A stretch of 64,000 bases of DNA from Comamonas sp. SCN 67-35 (GTDB lineage Bacteria > Pseudomonadota > Gammaproteobacteria > Burkholderiales > Burkholderiaceae_C). Shown piece after piece: positions 52,141-64,000 of this stretch. The stretch is taken from assembly GCF_001725255.1 (NCBI RefSeq), contig NZ_MEFV01000010.1:5171-69170 (forward strand), in the 5' to 3' direction. The position numbers and the translations under genes were made by a program. How positions within the stretch are numbered: the first letter of the stretch is position 1; every line of letters starts with the position of its first letter. Under the pieces are notes generated by a model that saw only the letters and a program-made list of their open reading frames with translations, was not told the origin of the DNA and searched no databases.

Positions 52141-53766
52141 TCACCCGATCTGCAACGCCAACCCCGCATGCTCGCGCAGCGGATGAAAGTGGATCTTCGG
52201 AAACCGCTCCTGCGCCAGCCGCACGTCGTACGGGCTGGTGCACAGGTACGCCAGCGCATCGGCCGCGTCGTGCGCCATGCGCAGCGGGTAGGCGTTCTCG
52301 AATTCGCGCAGCTCAGCGGGCGTGTCGGCGCTGATCCAGCGCGCGCCGGTATAGGGGCAGCCTTCCAGGCGGATGTCGCAGTCGTATTCGGTTTTCAGGC
52401 GGTGCTGCACCACCTCGAACTGCAACTGGCCCACGGCGCCCAGCAGCATGTTGCCGCCGGCGTCGGGCTTGAAGACCTGGATCGCGCCTTCCTCGCCCAG
52501 CTCCATCAGGCCCTGCTGCAGTTGCTTGGAGCGCAGCGGGTTCTTCAGCACCACGGTCATGAACAGTTCGGGCGCGAAGAAGGGCAGGCCGGTGAATTGC
52601 AGATTCGGCCCGTCGGTGATGCTGTCGCCCAGCTGCACGCCGCCGTGGATGGTGAAGCCGATGATGTCGCCGGCGTAGGCTTCGTCGACGGCCTCCCGGC
52701 GCTGGCTCATGAAGGTGACGACGCTCGTGGGGCGCAGCTCCTTGCCGGTGCGCTGCACCTTCATCTTCATGCCCGGGGTGTACTTGCCCGAGGCCACGCG
52801 CACGAAGGCGATGCGGTCGCGGTGGTTGGCGTCCATGTTGGCCTGCACCTTGAAGACCACGCCGGCAAAGCCGGAGTCTTCGGGGTGGATGGTGACTTCC
52901 TCGCGCTGGCGGTTCACCTCGGTCCAGGCCTTGCGCGGGCCGGGCGGCGGGGACATGTCCACCACGGCGTTGAGCACTTCCTGCACGCCGAAATTGTTCA
53001 CGCCCGAGCCGAAGAACACCGGCGTGAGCTTCGCGGCGAGGAAAGCTTCGTGGTTCCACTCGGCGGAGGCGCCTACGGCCAGCTCCATGCCCTCCAGCGC
53101 CTCGTCGAAGGCGCTGCCGAAGCGTGCGCGCAGCCGCTCGGTTTCGGTGAGGGGGATGACTTCAAAGTCCTGCGGACGCTTGTCCGTGCCGGCCTGGAAC
53201 ACCGTCATGCTGCGCGTGCGCAGATCGATGATGCCGCCGAAAGTCTTGCCATGGCCCACGGGCCAGGTGACGGGGCAGCAGGGCATGCCGAGTTCGCGCT
53301 CCACTTCGTCCAGGATGTCGAGCGCGTCGCGCACCTCGCGGTCCATCTTGTTGACGAAGGTGATGATGGGCGTGTCGCGCTGGCGGCAGACCTCGATCAG
53401 GCGGCGCGTCTGCGCCTCCACGCCGTTGGCCGCGTCGATCACCATCAGCGCCGAATCGACGGCGGTGAGCACGCGGTAGGTGTCTTCGGAGAAATCCTTG
53501 TGGCCCGGGGTGTCCAGCAGGTTGATGACGTGGTCGCGGTAGCTCATCTGCATCACGCTCGACGCCACCGAGATGCCGCGCTGCTTCTCGATCTCCATCC
53601 AGTCGCTGGTGGCGTGGCGGCTGGCCTTGCGGCCCTTGACGGCGCCGGCGATCTGGATGGCGCCCGAGAACAGCAGGAGCTTTTCCGTCAGCGTGGTCTT
53701 GCCGGCGTCGGGGTGGGAGATGATGGCAAAAGTGCGGCGGCGCCGGGTTTCTTTGGCGTAAGACAC
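52141..53766 (-). CDS. prfC: Peptide chain release factor 3
   Basis: RRRTFAIISHPDAGKTTLTEK, SDWMEIEKQRGISV, LDTPGHKDFSEDTYR, GAVGQLQFEV. GTG start at 53766. Confidence 0.96.
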   Translation of the reverse strand: MSYAKETRRRRTFAIISHPDAGKTTLTEKLLLFSGAIQIAGAVKGRKASRHATSDWMEIEKQRGISVASSVMQMSYRDHVINLLDTPGHKDFSEDTYRVLTAVDSALMVIDAANGVEAQTRRLIEVCRQRDTPIITFVNKMDREVRDALDILDEVERELGMPCCPVTWPVGHGKTFGGIIDLRTRSMTVFQAGTDKRPQDFEVIPLTETERLRARFGSAFDEALEGMELAVGASAEWNHEAFLAAKLTPVFFGSGVNNFGVQEVLNAVVDMSPPPGPRKAWTEVNRQREEVTIHPEDSGFAGVVFKVQANMDANHRDRIAFVRVASGKYTPGMKMKVQRTGKELRPTSVVTFMSQRREAVDEAYAGDIIGFTIHGGVQLGDSITDGPNLQFTGLPFFAPELFMTVVLKNPLRSKQLQQGLMELGEEGAIQVFKPDAGGNMLLGAVGQLQFEVVQHRLKTEYDCDIRLEGCPYTGARWISADTPAELREFENAYPLRMAHDAADALAYLCTSPYDVRLAQERFPKIHFHPLREHAGLALQIG

Positions 53767-53859
53767 GATCTTGGGTACGAGGCCGCGCGGGTGTGCGTGG
53801 CGGCAGAGCGGTGGCGGGCGCGGCGGTGCGCGGTAAGCGACTGATTTTACGGCGTTCCG

Positions 53860-53865
53860 TATAAT
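53860..53865 (+). promoter_or_regulatory. Sigma-70 -10 box of the ahcY leader
   Basis: Perfect TATAAT about 10 nt upstream of the riboswitch; no clear -35. Confidence 0.5.
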
Positions 53866-53874
53866 TTCCCGCTT

Positions 53875-53947
53875 TCCGAGGAGCGTTGCAGTGCCCCCAG
53901 CATGGCGGGGCGCGAGGCTCGGAATCTCTTTCCTGCAACGACGCTCA
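53875..53947 (+). ncRNA. SAH riboswitch
   Basis: CCGAGGAGCGTTGCA...AGGCTCGG...GCAACGACGCTC matches the SAH aptamer pattern, with pseudoknot GAGCGTTGC/GCAACGACGCTC, and lies directly upstream of ahcY-metF. Confidence 0.88.
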
Positions 53948-54026
53948 CCCACGCTGTGCCGGTGCGGTGATTCGTGTTTCAGGCGCCAGCCTGCGTGGTT
54001 CCGTTTCTTTTTTGAAGGACCACACC

Positions 54027-55454
<1,428 letters not shown>

Positions 55455-55466
55455 AGGCGTAGCGTC

Positions 55467-56306
55467 ATGCATCTGCCCGTCAGTTTCGAATTCTTTCCGC
55501 CCAAGACGCCCGAGGGGGTGGGCAAGCTGCGCGACGTGCGCCAGCAGCTCTATGCGCTGCAGCCCGAGTTCTGCTCGGTGACCTACGGCGCGGGCGGCTC
55601 CACGCAGGCGGGCACGTTTGCCACGGTGCGTGAGGTCCTTGCCGAGGGCGTGCCCGCCGCCTCGCATTTCTCGTGCGTCGGCGCCACGCGCGAGACGGTG
55701 CGCGCGCAGCTGGCCGAACTGCAGGCCATGGGCGTGAAGCGCCTGGTGGCGCTGCGCGGCGACCTGCCCAGCGGTTACGGCATGGGTGGCGAGTTCCAGT
55801 ACGCGAGCGACCTCGTGGCCTTCATCCGGGCGGAAACCGGCAGGCACTTCCATATCGAGGTGGCCGCCTACCCCGAGATGCACCCGCAGGCGCGCTCGCC
55901 CGAGGCCGATCTCAAGGCCTTCGCGGCCAAGGTGCGTGCGGGGGCGGATTCCGCGATCACGCAGTATTTCTTCAATGCCGATGCGTACTTCCGCTTTGTC
56001 GACGAAGCGCGCCGCGCGGGGCTGGCTGTGCCTGTCGTGCCGGGCATCATGCCCATCCTGGGCTCCACGCAGCTGCTTCGGTTCTCGGACGCCTGCGGCG
56101 CCGAAGTGCCGCGTTGGCTGCGTCTGCGTCTGCAGGGGTTTGGCGATGACGTGGCGAGCCTGCGCGCGTTCGGGCTCGACGTCGTCACGCGCCTGTGCGA
56201 GCAGCTCGTGGCGGGCGGTGCGCCCGCGTTGCATTTCTACACCATGAACCAGAGCGCGGCGACGCTGCAGCTGTGCCGCCGCCTGGGACGGGCGGAGCAG
56301 GCCTGA
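55467..56306 (+). CDS. metF: 5,10-methylenetetrahydrofolate reductase
   Basis: SFEFFPPKT, SVTYGAGG, ALRGD, AAYPEMHP, ITQYFF, HFYTMN. Confidence 0.95.
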   Translation: MHLPVSFEFFPPKTPEGVGKLRDVRQQLYALQPEFCSVTYGAGGSTQAGTFATVREVLAEGVPAASHFSCVGATRETVRAQLAELQAMGVKRLVALRGDLPSGYGMGGEFQYASDLVAFIRAETGRHFHIEVAAYPEMHPQARSPEADLKAFAAKVRAGADSAITQYFFNADAYFRFVDEARRAGLAVPVVPGIMPILGSTQLLRFSDACGAEVPRWLRLRLQGFGDDVASLRAFGLDVVTRLCEQLVAGGAPALHFYTMNQSAATLQLCRRLGRAEQA

Positions 56307-56968
56307 TGGCGTGGCGCGGTCGTGCCCGGCTCGCAGGTGCCAGCGTGCTGGCCCTGCTCCTGATCGCCTGCACGGTGCCGGTGCGTGAAGAAACGTTCCC
56401 TGAGCCTGCAGCAGGCGTTCCGGCCCCGGGGCGGCCACTGGGTGCGGCGGCCGAGTCGACGGCACCTGCTGCGGCCCAGACGCCGGCACCCGCGCCCGAG
56501 ACGGCATCCGTGGGCGGGCCTGAGCATCCCGGCGGTCTTCTGCTCGACCAGGGTCTGGCCTCTTGGTACGGGCCAGGGCTGCACGGGCGGCGCACCGCCA
56601 GCGGCGAGCGCTTCGACCGCTCTGAATTCACGGCGGCGCACCGCACGCTGCCGTTTGGCACGCGGGTGTGCGTGCGCAGCCTCGTGACGGGCAAGACGGT
56701 GATGGTGCGCATCAACGACCGCGGGCCGTTCGGTGCCGACGATCGCGTCGTGGATCTGAGTCAGGCAGCCGCCCGCGAGCTCGGCATGATCGGGCTGGGG
56801 ATCAAGCCGGTTCAGCTTTGGCAGGCCGATGAGGGCGAGACGGGCTGCGTGCCAGCGCTCGGCGGCGAGGCCATGCAGGCGGGCAGCGAGGGGGCCGCAC
56901 CGCCCGTGGATGCGGGTCCGATCTCGGCGCAGCTTCTGGCGCCCAAGGGCAGCGGCAAGCGCCGATAG
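56306..56968 (+). CDS. rlpA: RlpA-family (DPBB) lytic transglycosylase lipoprotein
   Basis: Lipobox LLIAC; GLASWYG, TASGERFD, TAAHRTLPFGT, VRINDRGP, VDLS. Confidence 0.88.
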   Translation: MAWRGRARLAGASVLALLLIACTVPVREETFPEPAAGVPAPGRPLGAAAESTAPAAAQTPAPAPETASVGGPEHPGGLLLDQGLASWYGPGLHGRRTASGERFDRSEFTAAHRTLPFGTRVCVRSLVTGKTVMVRINDRGPFGADDRVVDLSQAAARELGMIGLGIKPVQLWQADEGETGCVPALGGEAMQAGSEGAAPPVDAGPISAQLLAPKGSGKRR

Positions 56969-56983
56969 CGCCGTGTGCAGGCG

Positions 56984-57862
56984 TCAACCGGCCTGCAGAC
57001 TGTAGCCGGCGTGCTCGTCCTGCCCCAGCAGTTCGGCCATTTGCGGCAGCGCCGCTTCCAGTTGCGCGTGCAGGGTGTAGGGCGGGTTGACGAGAAACAT
57101 GCCGCTGCCGGGCAGTCCCGGGCGTTGCTCGCTGCCGTCGTCCAGTTTGCGCAGGCGTGCCGACTTCACGGTGAGCGTGGCGTGCAGCCAGGGTTTGCCC
57201 GCACGCACGGCCAGTGCCTTCAGGCGCCGCGGCAGCTCGTGCGCCTCGGGGCGCGCGATCACCGGGTACCAGATGGCGTAGCAGCCCGTGGCAAAGCGCT
57301 TGAGCGCCTCTTGCAGCAAGGTGTGCACGCGCGTGTAGTCGCTCTTCAACTCATAGCTTGGATCGCAGAGCAGAAAAGCGCGCCGGGGCTGTGGAGGCAA
57401 GAATTTCTTGATGCCCTCAAACCCGTCCTCGGAGAGCACGGCGATCTGGCTCCCGGCCTCCAGTTGCGCCACGTTGCGCACCAGCGTGGGCAGGTCGCTC
57501 GGGTGCAGTTCGAAGAGCCGCAGGCGGTCGTGCGGGCGCAGCAGGCGCTGTGCGATGAAGGGCGAGCCGGGGTAGATGCGCAGGCCCGCCTTGGCGTTGA
57601 AGCCGCGCACGACGTCCAGATAGTCCTGCAGCGCCGGCACGAGTGCCGGGGCCTGCGGCAGGCGCAGGATGCCGTCCGCCGCCTCGCCGCTGGTGCGCGC
57701 GTAGTCGCCGTCGAGCCGGTACAGGCCGGCGCCCGCGTGCGTGTCGATCACGGTGAGCGCCGTCTCCTTTTGCGTGAGGTGGCGCAGGCAGGCGATGAGC
57801 ACGGTGTGCTTGAGCACGTCGCCGTGGTTGCCGGCGTGAAAGGCGTGGCGGTAACTGAACAT
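56984..57862 (-). CDS. rlmJ: 23S rRNA (A2030-N6) methyltransferase
   Basis: SYRHAFHAGNHGDVLKH, DTHAGAG, YPGSP, DPSYE, IWYP, VNPPY. Confidence 0.93.
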   Translation of the reverse strand: MFSYRHAFHAGNHGDVLKHTVLIACLRHLTQKETALTVIDTHAGAGLYRLDGDYARTSGEAADGILRLPQAPALVPALQDYLDVVRGFNAKAGLRIYPGSPFIAQRLLRPHDRLRLFELHPSDLPTLVRNVAQLEAGSQIAVLSEDGFEGIKKFLPPQPRRAFLLCDPSYELKSDYTRVHTLLQEALKRFATGCYAIWYPVIARPEAHELPRRLKALAVRAGKPWLHATLTVKSARLRKLDDGSEQRPGLPGSGMFLVNPPYTLHAQLEAALPQMAELLGQDEHAGYSLQAG

Positions 57863-57945
57863 GGGCGGCAATGGTAGCGGCAAGCCGGTGCCAGCGGCAT
57901 GCCCGCGGCTTCTGTGCGATGCTTGATCCCTGCAGAAAGGAAACC

Positions 57946-59115
57946 ATGCGCACCGCGATATTGAATCTTGAAGGATCGAAGATCCGCGAAGTGGCCAACG
58001 TCGGCATGGGTCGTGCCGGCGTGCTGCCGTTCTGGTTCGGCGAGAGCGATGAAGTCACGCCCGAGGTCATTCGCGCCGCCGCCGTCGCGTCACTGCAGGC
58101 GGGCGAGACCTTCTACGCCCACAACATGGGCCTGCCCGAACTGCGCGAGGCGCTGGCGGGCTACACCACCGGGCTGCACGGCCCGGTGGCGGCCGAGCGC
58201 ATCGCCGTGACCTCGGGCGGCGTCAATGCGCTGATGCTGGCGATGCAGGTGCTGGTCGATGCGGGCGACGAGGTGGTGGTGCTCACGCCCGTCTGGCCCA
58301 ACCTGACCGGGCAGCCGCAGATCATGGGCGCACAGGTGCGCTGCGTGGCGCTTGAGCCGCAGGCCGATGGCGCCTGGACGCTGAACCTGTCCCGGCTGCT
58401 GGCCGCCATCACGCCGCGCACGCGCCTGCTGGTGCTCAATGCCCCCAACAACCCCACGGGCTGGACCCTGAGCCGCGAGGAGCAGCAGGCCATCCTCGCG
58501 CATTGCCGCACGACCGGCACGTGGATCCTAGCCGACGAGGTGTATGAGCGCCTGTACTACCGCGACGACACCGCAAGTGGTGCGGCGCCGTCGTTTCTCG
58601 ACATCGCGGCGCCCGACGACAGGCTCGTCGTGGTGCAGAGCTTTTCCAAGGCGTTTCTGATGACCGGCTGGCGCCTGGGCTGGATGGTGATGCCGCCCGA
58701 GATGGCCGCGCAGATGGGCAAGGTGATCGAATTCAATACCTCGTGCGCACCGGTCTTCGTGCAGCGCGGCGCGCTGGCCGCGCTGCAGCACATGAACGAG
58801 ATCACGCCGCGCATCGTGGCGCACATGCGCGCCTGCCGCGATGCGCTGGTTCCGGCGCTGCAGGCGCTGCCCGGTGTGCACACCAGCAGCGCGCCGGGCG
58901 GGATGTACGCCTTCGTGCGTATCGACGGGCAAGCGGACTCGCTGGCGCTGGCCAAGCGCCTGGTGCTCGAAGCCGGGATCGGCCTGGCGCCGGGCGTGGC
59001 CTTCTCGGCCGAGGGCGAGGGTTGGCTGCGCTGGTGCTTTGCGTCCAGGGACGTGGCGCGCCTGCGGCTCGGCGTGCAGCGGCTGGCCGATTGGCTCAGG
59101 AGCCAGAAAGGCTGA
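57946..59115 (+). CDS. PLP-dependent class I/II aminotransferase
   Basis: NAPNNPTG, ADEVYE, SFSKAF.MTGWRLG, GLAPG.AF. Confidence 0.9.
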   Translation: MRTAILNLEGSKIREVANVGMGRAGVLPFWFGESDEVTPEVIRAAAVASLQAGETFYAHNMGLPELREALAGYTTGLHGPVAAERIAVTSGGVNALMLAMQVLVDAGDEVVVLTPVWPNLTGQPQIMGAQVRCVALEPQADGAWTLNLSRLLAAITPRTRLLVLNAPNNPTGWTLSREEQQAILAHCRTTGTWILADEVYERLYYRDDTASGAAPSFLDIAAPDDRLVVVQSFSKAFLMTGWRLGWMVMPPEMAAQMGKVIEFNTSCAPVFVQRGALAALQHMNEITPRIVAHMRACRDALVPALQALPGVHTSSAPGGMYAFVRIDGQADSLALAKRLVLEAGIGLAPGVAFSAEGEGWLRWCFASRDVARLRLGVQRLADWLRSQKG

Positions 59116-60858
59116 TGCGTGGCTGCAGCGGCAGGGCCATCGGTGACTGCCTGCTGCGGCTCTTCAGGTAGTGCGCCAGCGCATCGGCATCCAGGCCGCC
59201 GCCCACGGGGTCGCGCCCCTGGGTGAAGACGCTGAAGTTGTCGCCCCCGCTGGCGAGGTAGCTTTGCACGCCGATGCGGTAGTCCTGGTCGGGCACGATG
59301 GGCGTGCCGTGCAGTTGCATCCCGCGGATGCGCTGGCCCGGCGCCGCGCCGCGGTCCAGCGTGTAGCCGAAGCCTTGCGAGACCTGCAGGATGCGTGGAC
59401 GCGCCACGGTGTTGGTGCCGCTCGCCAGTTGCTGCTCCAGCAGCGCATGCAGCTGCGCGCCGGTGAGCGTCAGGCTCGTGAGTGTGTTGCCGAAGGGCTG
59501 TACGGCGTAGACCTGCCCATAGGTGACGCGGCCGCCCGCGTCCGGCACAAGGTCGGCGCGCACGCCGCCCGCATTCATGAAGGCGATCTGCGCGCCGCCC
59601 GCCTCGGGCGCCTGCGTGGCGGCCAGTACCGCGTCGGCCGTGATGCGGCCCAGCACGCTTTCGCCGTTGGCCTGGGGACGGCGCGTGGCGGGCGCGGCCA
59701 GGCGCCCGGCCGGGGCGCTGGCCAGCGGCGCCGCGGCTGCGGCATAGCGCTCGACCAGCGCCTTGACGGCCGGATCGGCTGGCGCATCACCGGCGGCCGC
59801 GCGCACGATGTGCTGGCGCGCCGTGCGCTGGATCACGCGCCGGCTGGCCATGTCCACCGTGAGCTCGATTTCGGTCAGCAGCGTGCCGTACAGTCCGGCG
59901 CTCGTGAGCAGCAGCGGCCTGGCCGGGTCGATGTGGGCGTAGTCGCACAGGTAGGCCTGGTGGGTGTGGCCCGAAATCACCACGTCCACGGCGCTGGACA
60001 GGCGCCGCACGATGGGCAGGATGTCGCCCGAGAGGCCCTTGCAGCTCGTGTCCTGCAGCGGCTGGCCGCTTTTGCCGCTTCGTGGATCAGCACCACGATC
60101 ACGTCGGCGCCTTGCGCACGCAGCGCCGGAATCCGGGCGTTGGCGGCGTCGGCCTCGTCGGTGAAGCGCAGGCCCTGCACGCCGCTCGCGCGCACCATGT
60201 GGGGCGTGTTTCTGAGCGTGAGGCCGATGAAGCCCACGCCGATGCGCACGCCGTCCTGCTCGAAGAACTTCACGGCCGTGGGCGCGAACAGGGTGGAGCC
60301 GTCGCGCCGCAGCGTGTTGGCCGTGAGGTAGCGAAAACGCGCGCCCTTGAAGGGGTGGCTGAGCTGGCACGGCGTCTTGGCGGTGTAGCGCTCGCAGCCG
60401 CCGTCCTGCATGCGCTTGAGTTCGTGCCAGCCCTGGTCGTACTCGTGGTTGCCGGTGGAGGCGAAGTCCAGGCCGATGAGGTTCATGGCCTCGATGGTCG
60501 GCTCATCGAGAAACAGCGAGGACACCAGCGGGGATGCGCCGATCAGATCGCCCGCCGCGACCACCGCCGTGTGTGGGTGGGCCGCGCGTTCGGCCGCCAC
60601 CAGAGCGGCCAGGTGCGCGGCGCCCCCTGCCGCGACGGGCCGGGGCGCCTCGCCCGCATCGGCGGCGTTGACGCTCAGGCCCGGTGGCTGCAGATTACCG
60701 TGAAAGTCGTTCAGGCCCAGCAGCGTGATCTGCATGCGCCCGGGCCGCGCGCCGCCCGGGGGGCTGCCGCAGGCCGTGAGGCCCAGCACGAGCGCGGCGG
60801 CGGCCAGCGCCATCAGCCAGCGCCGCAGCGTGCCCGGCCTGCCGACGTGTTGGGGCAT
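59096..60858 (-). pseudogene. 5'-nucleotidase/UDP-sugar hydrolase-family lipoprotein split by a 1-bp deletion at about 60078
   Basis: The N-half ORF 59977..60858 has LNDFHG, AAGDL, GNHEYD. The C-half frame has ISGHTH, NAGGVR, VQPFGN, YLASGGD. Restoring one G gives the conserved HEGG. Confidence 0.85.
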
Positions 60859-60862
60859 CAGG

Positions 60863-60916
60863 ATTTTAGGAAAAAGTGGCTGAAACGCTTTATGGACAAG
60901 CGATGACAGCTATGAT
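60863..60916 (-). repeat. REP-like element copy 7, directly after the metG stop
   Basis: Minus strand ATCATAGCTGTCATCGCTTGTCCATAAAGCGTTTCAGCCACTTTTTCCTAAAAT. Confidence 0.78.
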
Positions 60917-60917
60917 T

Positions 60918-62978
60918 TCAGTGAATCCGCATGCCCGGTTCGGCGCCCGGGAAGGGTTCGAGCACGTAGATGCCGGGATGCGCCTTTTCGTCCGCGTGGC
61001 TGGCCGCGAGCACCATGCCTTCGCTCACGCCGAACTTCATCTTGCGCGGCGCGAGATTGGCCACCAGCACGGTGAGCTTGCCCGCCAGCTGCTCGGGCCG
61101 GTACATGCTGGAGATGCCCGAGAACACGTTGCGCAGCCGCCCCTCGCCGGCGTCCAGCGTGAGCTGCAGCAGCTTGGTCGAACCCTCCACCGCCTTGCAT
61201 TCGACGATCCTGGCGATGCGCAGATCGACCTTGGCGAAGTCGTCGATCTTGATCTCGGCGGCAATCGCCTCCCCGCCGGGAAGGACCTTTTCCGGCTCGG
61301 GCAGGGCGAAGAGGGCGTCGAGCTGCTCGACGGTCACGCGCTGCATCAGGTGCTGATACGTGCCGATGGCGTGGCCCGCGCCCAGCAGGCGCTCGGCATC
61401 AGCGAATGCGAGCGGCGCCACCTGCAAGAAGCCTTCCACCTGCTGCGCGACGAAAGGCAGCATGGGCTTGAGGTAGATGGTGAGGATGCGGAAGGCCTCG
61501 ATGCAGGTGGAGCACACGTCATGCAGGCGCGCGTCCTGGCCTTCCTGGCGCGCCAGCTCCCAGGGCTTGTTGGCATCGACGTAGGCGTTCACCTTGTCGC
61601 ACAGCTGCATGATCTCGCGCGCGGCGCGGGCCGTGTCGCGGTCTTCGTAGGCCTGCACGATGGCGCTGGCGGGCGCGCGCAGCAGGGCCAGCAGCTCCTG
61701 CCCATCGCCCGAGACGGCGCCGAGTCGCCCGCCAAAGCGCTTGGCGATGAACCCGGCCGCGCGGCTGGCGATGTTCACGTACTTGCCGATCAGGTCGGCG
61801 TTGACGCGCGCCATGAAATCCTCGGGGTTGAAGTCGATGTCTTCGTTGCGCCCGTTGAGCTTGGCGCCGAGGTAGTAGCGCAGCCACTCGGCGTTCATGC
61901 CCAGTTCCAGGTACTTGAGCGGATCGAGCCCCGTGCCGCGGCTCTTGCTCATCTTCTCGCCGTTGTTGACGGTGAGAAAACCGTGCACGCAGATCTTCGT
62001 CGGCGTCTTGCGGCCGCTGAACTTGAGCGTCGCGGGCCAGAACAGCGTGTGAAAGGTGATGATGTCCTTGCCGATGAAGTGCACCTGCTCCAGGGCGGGG
62101 TCGGCCATGTAGGTGTCGTAATCCTCGCCGCGCCGCTCGAGCAGGTTTTTCAACGATGCGAGGTAGCCGATGGGCGCATCGAGCCAGACGTAGAAATACT
62201 TGCCCGGCGCGTCGGGAATCTCGATGCCGAAGTAGGGCGCGTCGCGCGAGATGTCCCAATCCTGAAGGCCCGTGCTCGTGGAGCCGTCGGGATTCGTGCG
62301 CGTGCCGAACCATTCCTTGACCTTGGCGGCCACTTCCGGCTGCACGTGCACGCCGTCCTGCGTCCACTCCTGCAAAAACGCCACGCAGCGCGGGTCGGAC
62401 AGCTTGAAGAAGAAGTGCTCCGAGGTCTTGAGTTCGGGTTTGGCACCCGAGAGCGCGGAGTACGGATTGATGAGTTCGGTGGGCGCGTACACCGCGCCGC
62501 AGACCTCGCAGTTGTCGCCGTACTGGTCCTTGGCGTGGCAGCGCGGGCATTCGCCCTTGATGAAGCGGTCGGGCAGGAACATGGCCTTCTCGGGGTCGTA
62601 GAACTGCTCGATGGTGCGCGTCTCGATCAGGCCGTTGGCCTTCAGGTCGAGGTAGATGGCTTGCGCCAGCGCGTGGTTTTCCGGTGCGTCGGTGCTGTGC
62701 CAGTTGTCGAAGGCGATGTGAAAACCGTCCAGGTATTCCCTGCGTCCGGCGGCGATGTCGGCCACGAACTGCTGCGGCGTCTTGCCCGCCTTTTCGGCCG
62801 CGATCATGATGGGCGCGCCGTGCGCGTCGTCGGCGCCGACGAAGTTCACCGCATTGCCCTGCATGCGCTGCGCCCGCACCCAGGTATCGGCCTGGATGTA
62901 TTCCATGATGTGGCCGATGTGGAATTTGCCGTTGGCGTAGGGCAGGGCAGTGGTGACGAAAATCTTGCGGGCGGGCAT
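60918..62978 (-). CDS. metG: Methionyl-tRNA synthetase with C-terminal tRNA-binding domain
   Basis: [13 protein letters not shown] (HIGH), Zn knuckle [35 protein letters not shown]. Confidence 0.97.
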   Translation of the reverse strand: MPARKIFVTTALPYANGKFHIGHIMEYIQADTWVRAQRMQGNAVNFVGADDAHGAPIMIAAEKAGKTPQQFVADIAAGRREYLDGFHIAFDNWHSTDAPENHALAQAIYLDLKANGLIETRTIEQFYDPEKAMFLPDRFIKGECPRCHAKDQYGDNCEVCGAVYAPTELINPYSALSGAKPELKTSEHFFFKLSDPRCVAFLQEWTQDGVHVQPEVAAKVKEWFGTRTNPDGSTSTGLQDWDISRDAPYFGIEIPDAPGKYFYVWLDAPIGYLASLKNLLERRGEDYDTYMADPALEQVHFIGKDIITFHTLFWPATLKFSGRKTPTKICVHGFLTVNNGEKMSKSRGTGLDPLKYLELGMNAEWLRYYLGAKLNGRNEDIDFNPEDFMARVNADLIGKYVNIASRAAGFIAKRFGGRLGAVSGDGQELLALLRAPASAIVQAYEDRDTARAAREIMQLCDKVNAYVDANKPWELARQEGQDARLHDVCSTCIEAFRILTIYLKPMLPFVAQQVEGFLQVAPLAFADAERLLGAGHAIGTYQHLMQRVTVEQLDALFALPEPEKVLPGGEAIAAEIKIDDFAKVDLRIARIVECKAVEGSTKLLQLTLDAGEGRLRNVFSGISSMYRPEQLAGKLTVLVANLAPRKMKFGVSEGMVLAASHADEKAHPGIYVLEPFPGAEPGMRIH

Positions 62979-63035
62979 GGCGATCAGACGGACAAGGCGA
63001 AACCGGGCATTGTAGGAAACACCGTCAGGATGGAT

Positions 63036-64000
63036 TCACCGGGCGCGGCTCGATGCCTTGTGCCGGTACATGTCTTCGTCGGCGTATTTGAGCAAGCTGC
63101 TCGGGTCGGTCGCGTCGCGCGGATAGAGCGCGTAGCCTATGGTCGCGTCTACCGTGGCCGATGCGCCCGCCGCGGCGCCTTGCAGCGTGCGCAGCGGCTG
63201 CGCGATCGCCTCCTGCAGCTGCTCGCAGGTGGCGATCGCCTGGGAGTCGCTGTCGATGCCGCGCACCACGGCCACGAATTCGTCGCCCCCGAGCCGGGTC
63301 ACGATGTCGTCTGCCCGCAGCCGTTCGCGCAGGCGCTGGGCCACCTCGATCAGCGCCAGATCGCCGTTGTCGTGCCCCCATCGGTCGTTCAGCGGCTTGA
63401 AGCGATCGAGGTCGATGAACAGCAGCGCAAAAGGTGCCGGCGCCTGCCCCGGGCTCGGACGCGTCAGGGCCTCCAGGATGTGCTGCAAGGCGCCGCGGTT
63501 GCTCAGGCCGGTCAACGGGTCGGTGAACAGGCTGTGGCGCATATGGCGGAAGTTGCGCGCGAGCTCGCCGATTTCGTCGTTGCGCGCCACCGTGATCGGC
63601 GTGTCGATGTCGCCCTGGCCCACCCGGCGCACCGCGGTCGCCAGCTGGCGCATGTCGCTTGCCAGCCCGCCGAAGATGCGCCAGCCTATCATCAGCGCCA
63701 CGCCGAGCACGAGCAGCCCGAGCGCCAGCATCAGGGTGACATCGCGGCGTATGCCCGCGAGCATGTCCTTGTGCGGCAGCGCGACGACGGCCAGCCAGTT
63801 CAGCCCGGCCGTGTCGCTGATGCGCTGGTAGGCCACTTGCACCGCCTGGCCTTGCACGTCGACCGCGATCGACTCGCGGTGCCCTGGCGTGCTGGTGTCG
63901 AACGACTGGCGCAGGGCATTGAACGTGGCCGCCAGCGCGGAGTTGCCGCTGTAGTCGACGTGCACGCGCTCCGGGGTGCCGCCTGGCGAGACGCGGACAT
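63036..64000 (-). CDS. Membrane diguanylate cyclase (sensor-TM-HAMP-GGDEF), 5' end outside the window
   Basis: HAMP (RNDEIGELA), TDPLTGLSNR, FIDLDRFKPLND.WGH, RADD I-site, RLGGDEF. The frame is open to the window edge. Confidence 0.9.
   Translation of the reverse strand, partial: VRVSPGGTPERVHVDYSGNSALAATFNALRQSFDTSTPGHRESIAVDVQGQAVQVAYQRISDTAGLNWLAVVALPHKDMLAGIRRDVTLMLALGLLVLGVALMIGWRIFGGLASDMRQLATAVRRVGQGDIDTPITVARNDEIGELARNFRHMRHSLFTDPLTGLSNRGALQHILEALTRPSPGQAPAPFALLFIDLDRFKPLNDRWGHDNGDLALIEVAQRLRERLRADDIVTRLGGDEFVAVVRGIDSDSQAIATCEQLQEAIAQPLRTLQGAAAGASATVDATIGYALYPRDATDPSSLLKYADEDMYRHKASSRAR

Overview
GC-rich betaproteobacterial chromosome segment. Gene content and protein style suggest Comamonadaceae/Burkholderiales (inference). 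The backbone is mostly housekeeping: ubiH-like, dsbC, tRNA-Met, dusB-fis-purH, hemL, the pilGHIJ-chpA chemosensory cluster, yqgE-ruvX-pyrR-pyrB-pyrC'-arsC-pyrC, gltIJKL, prfC, SAH riboswitch-ahcY-metF, rlmJ and metG. Two blocks look accessory. (1) A ~15 kb sulfate-uptake/reduction cluster downstream of tRNA-Met (sbp-cysTWA, nirBD, cysJIG-cysH-cysDN). In it, cysH carries a 165-bp MITE-like palindromic element inserted in frame, adding 55 aa while the reductase motifs stay intact. cysI has an exact 12-codon in-frame deletion that removes one [4Fe-4S] cysteine ligand. (2) A putative three-component surface-glycosylation cassette (GT2, small EamA/SMR flippase, low-GC GT-C-like membrane protein with a G8 tract). 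A ~54-bp REP-like palindrome occurs 7 times and supplies stop codons or C-termini to several genes. The gltI-gltJ spacer has an SroC-like architecture, and a 5'-nucleotidase gene is split by a single-base frameshift. No CRISPR array, integrase or transposase was seen. Start codons were reassigned by hand where the ORF track over-extends.
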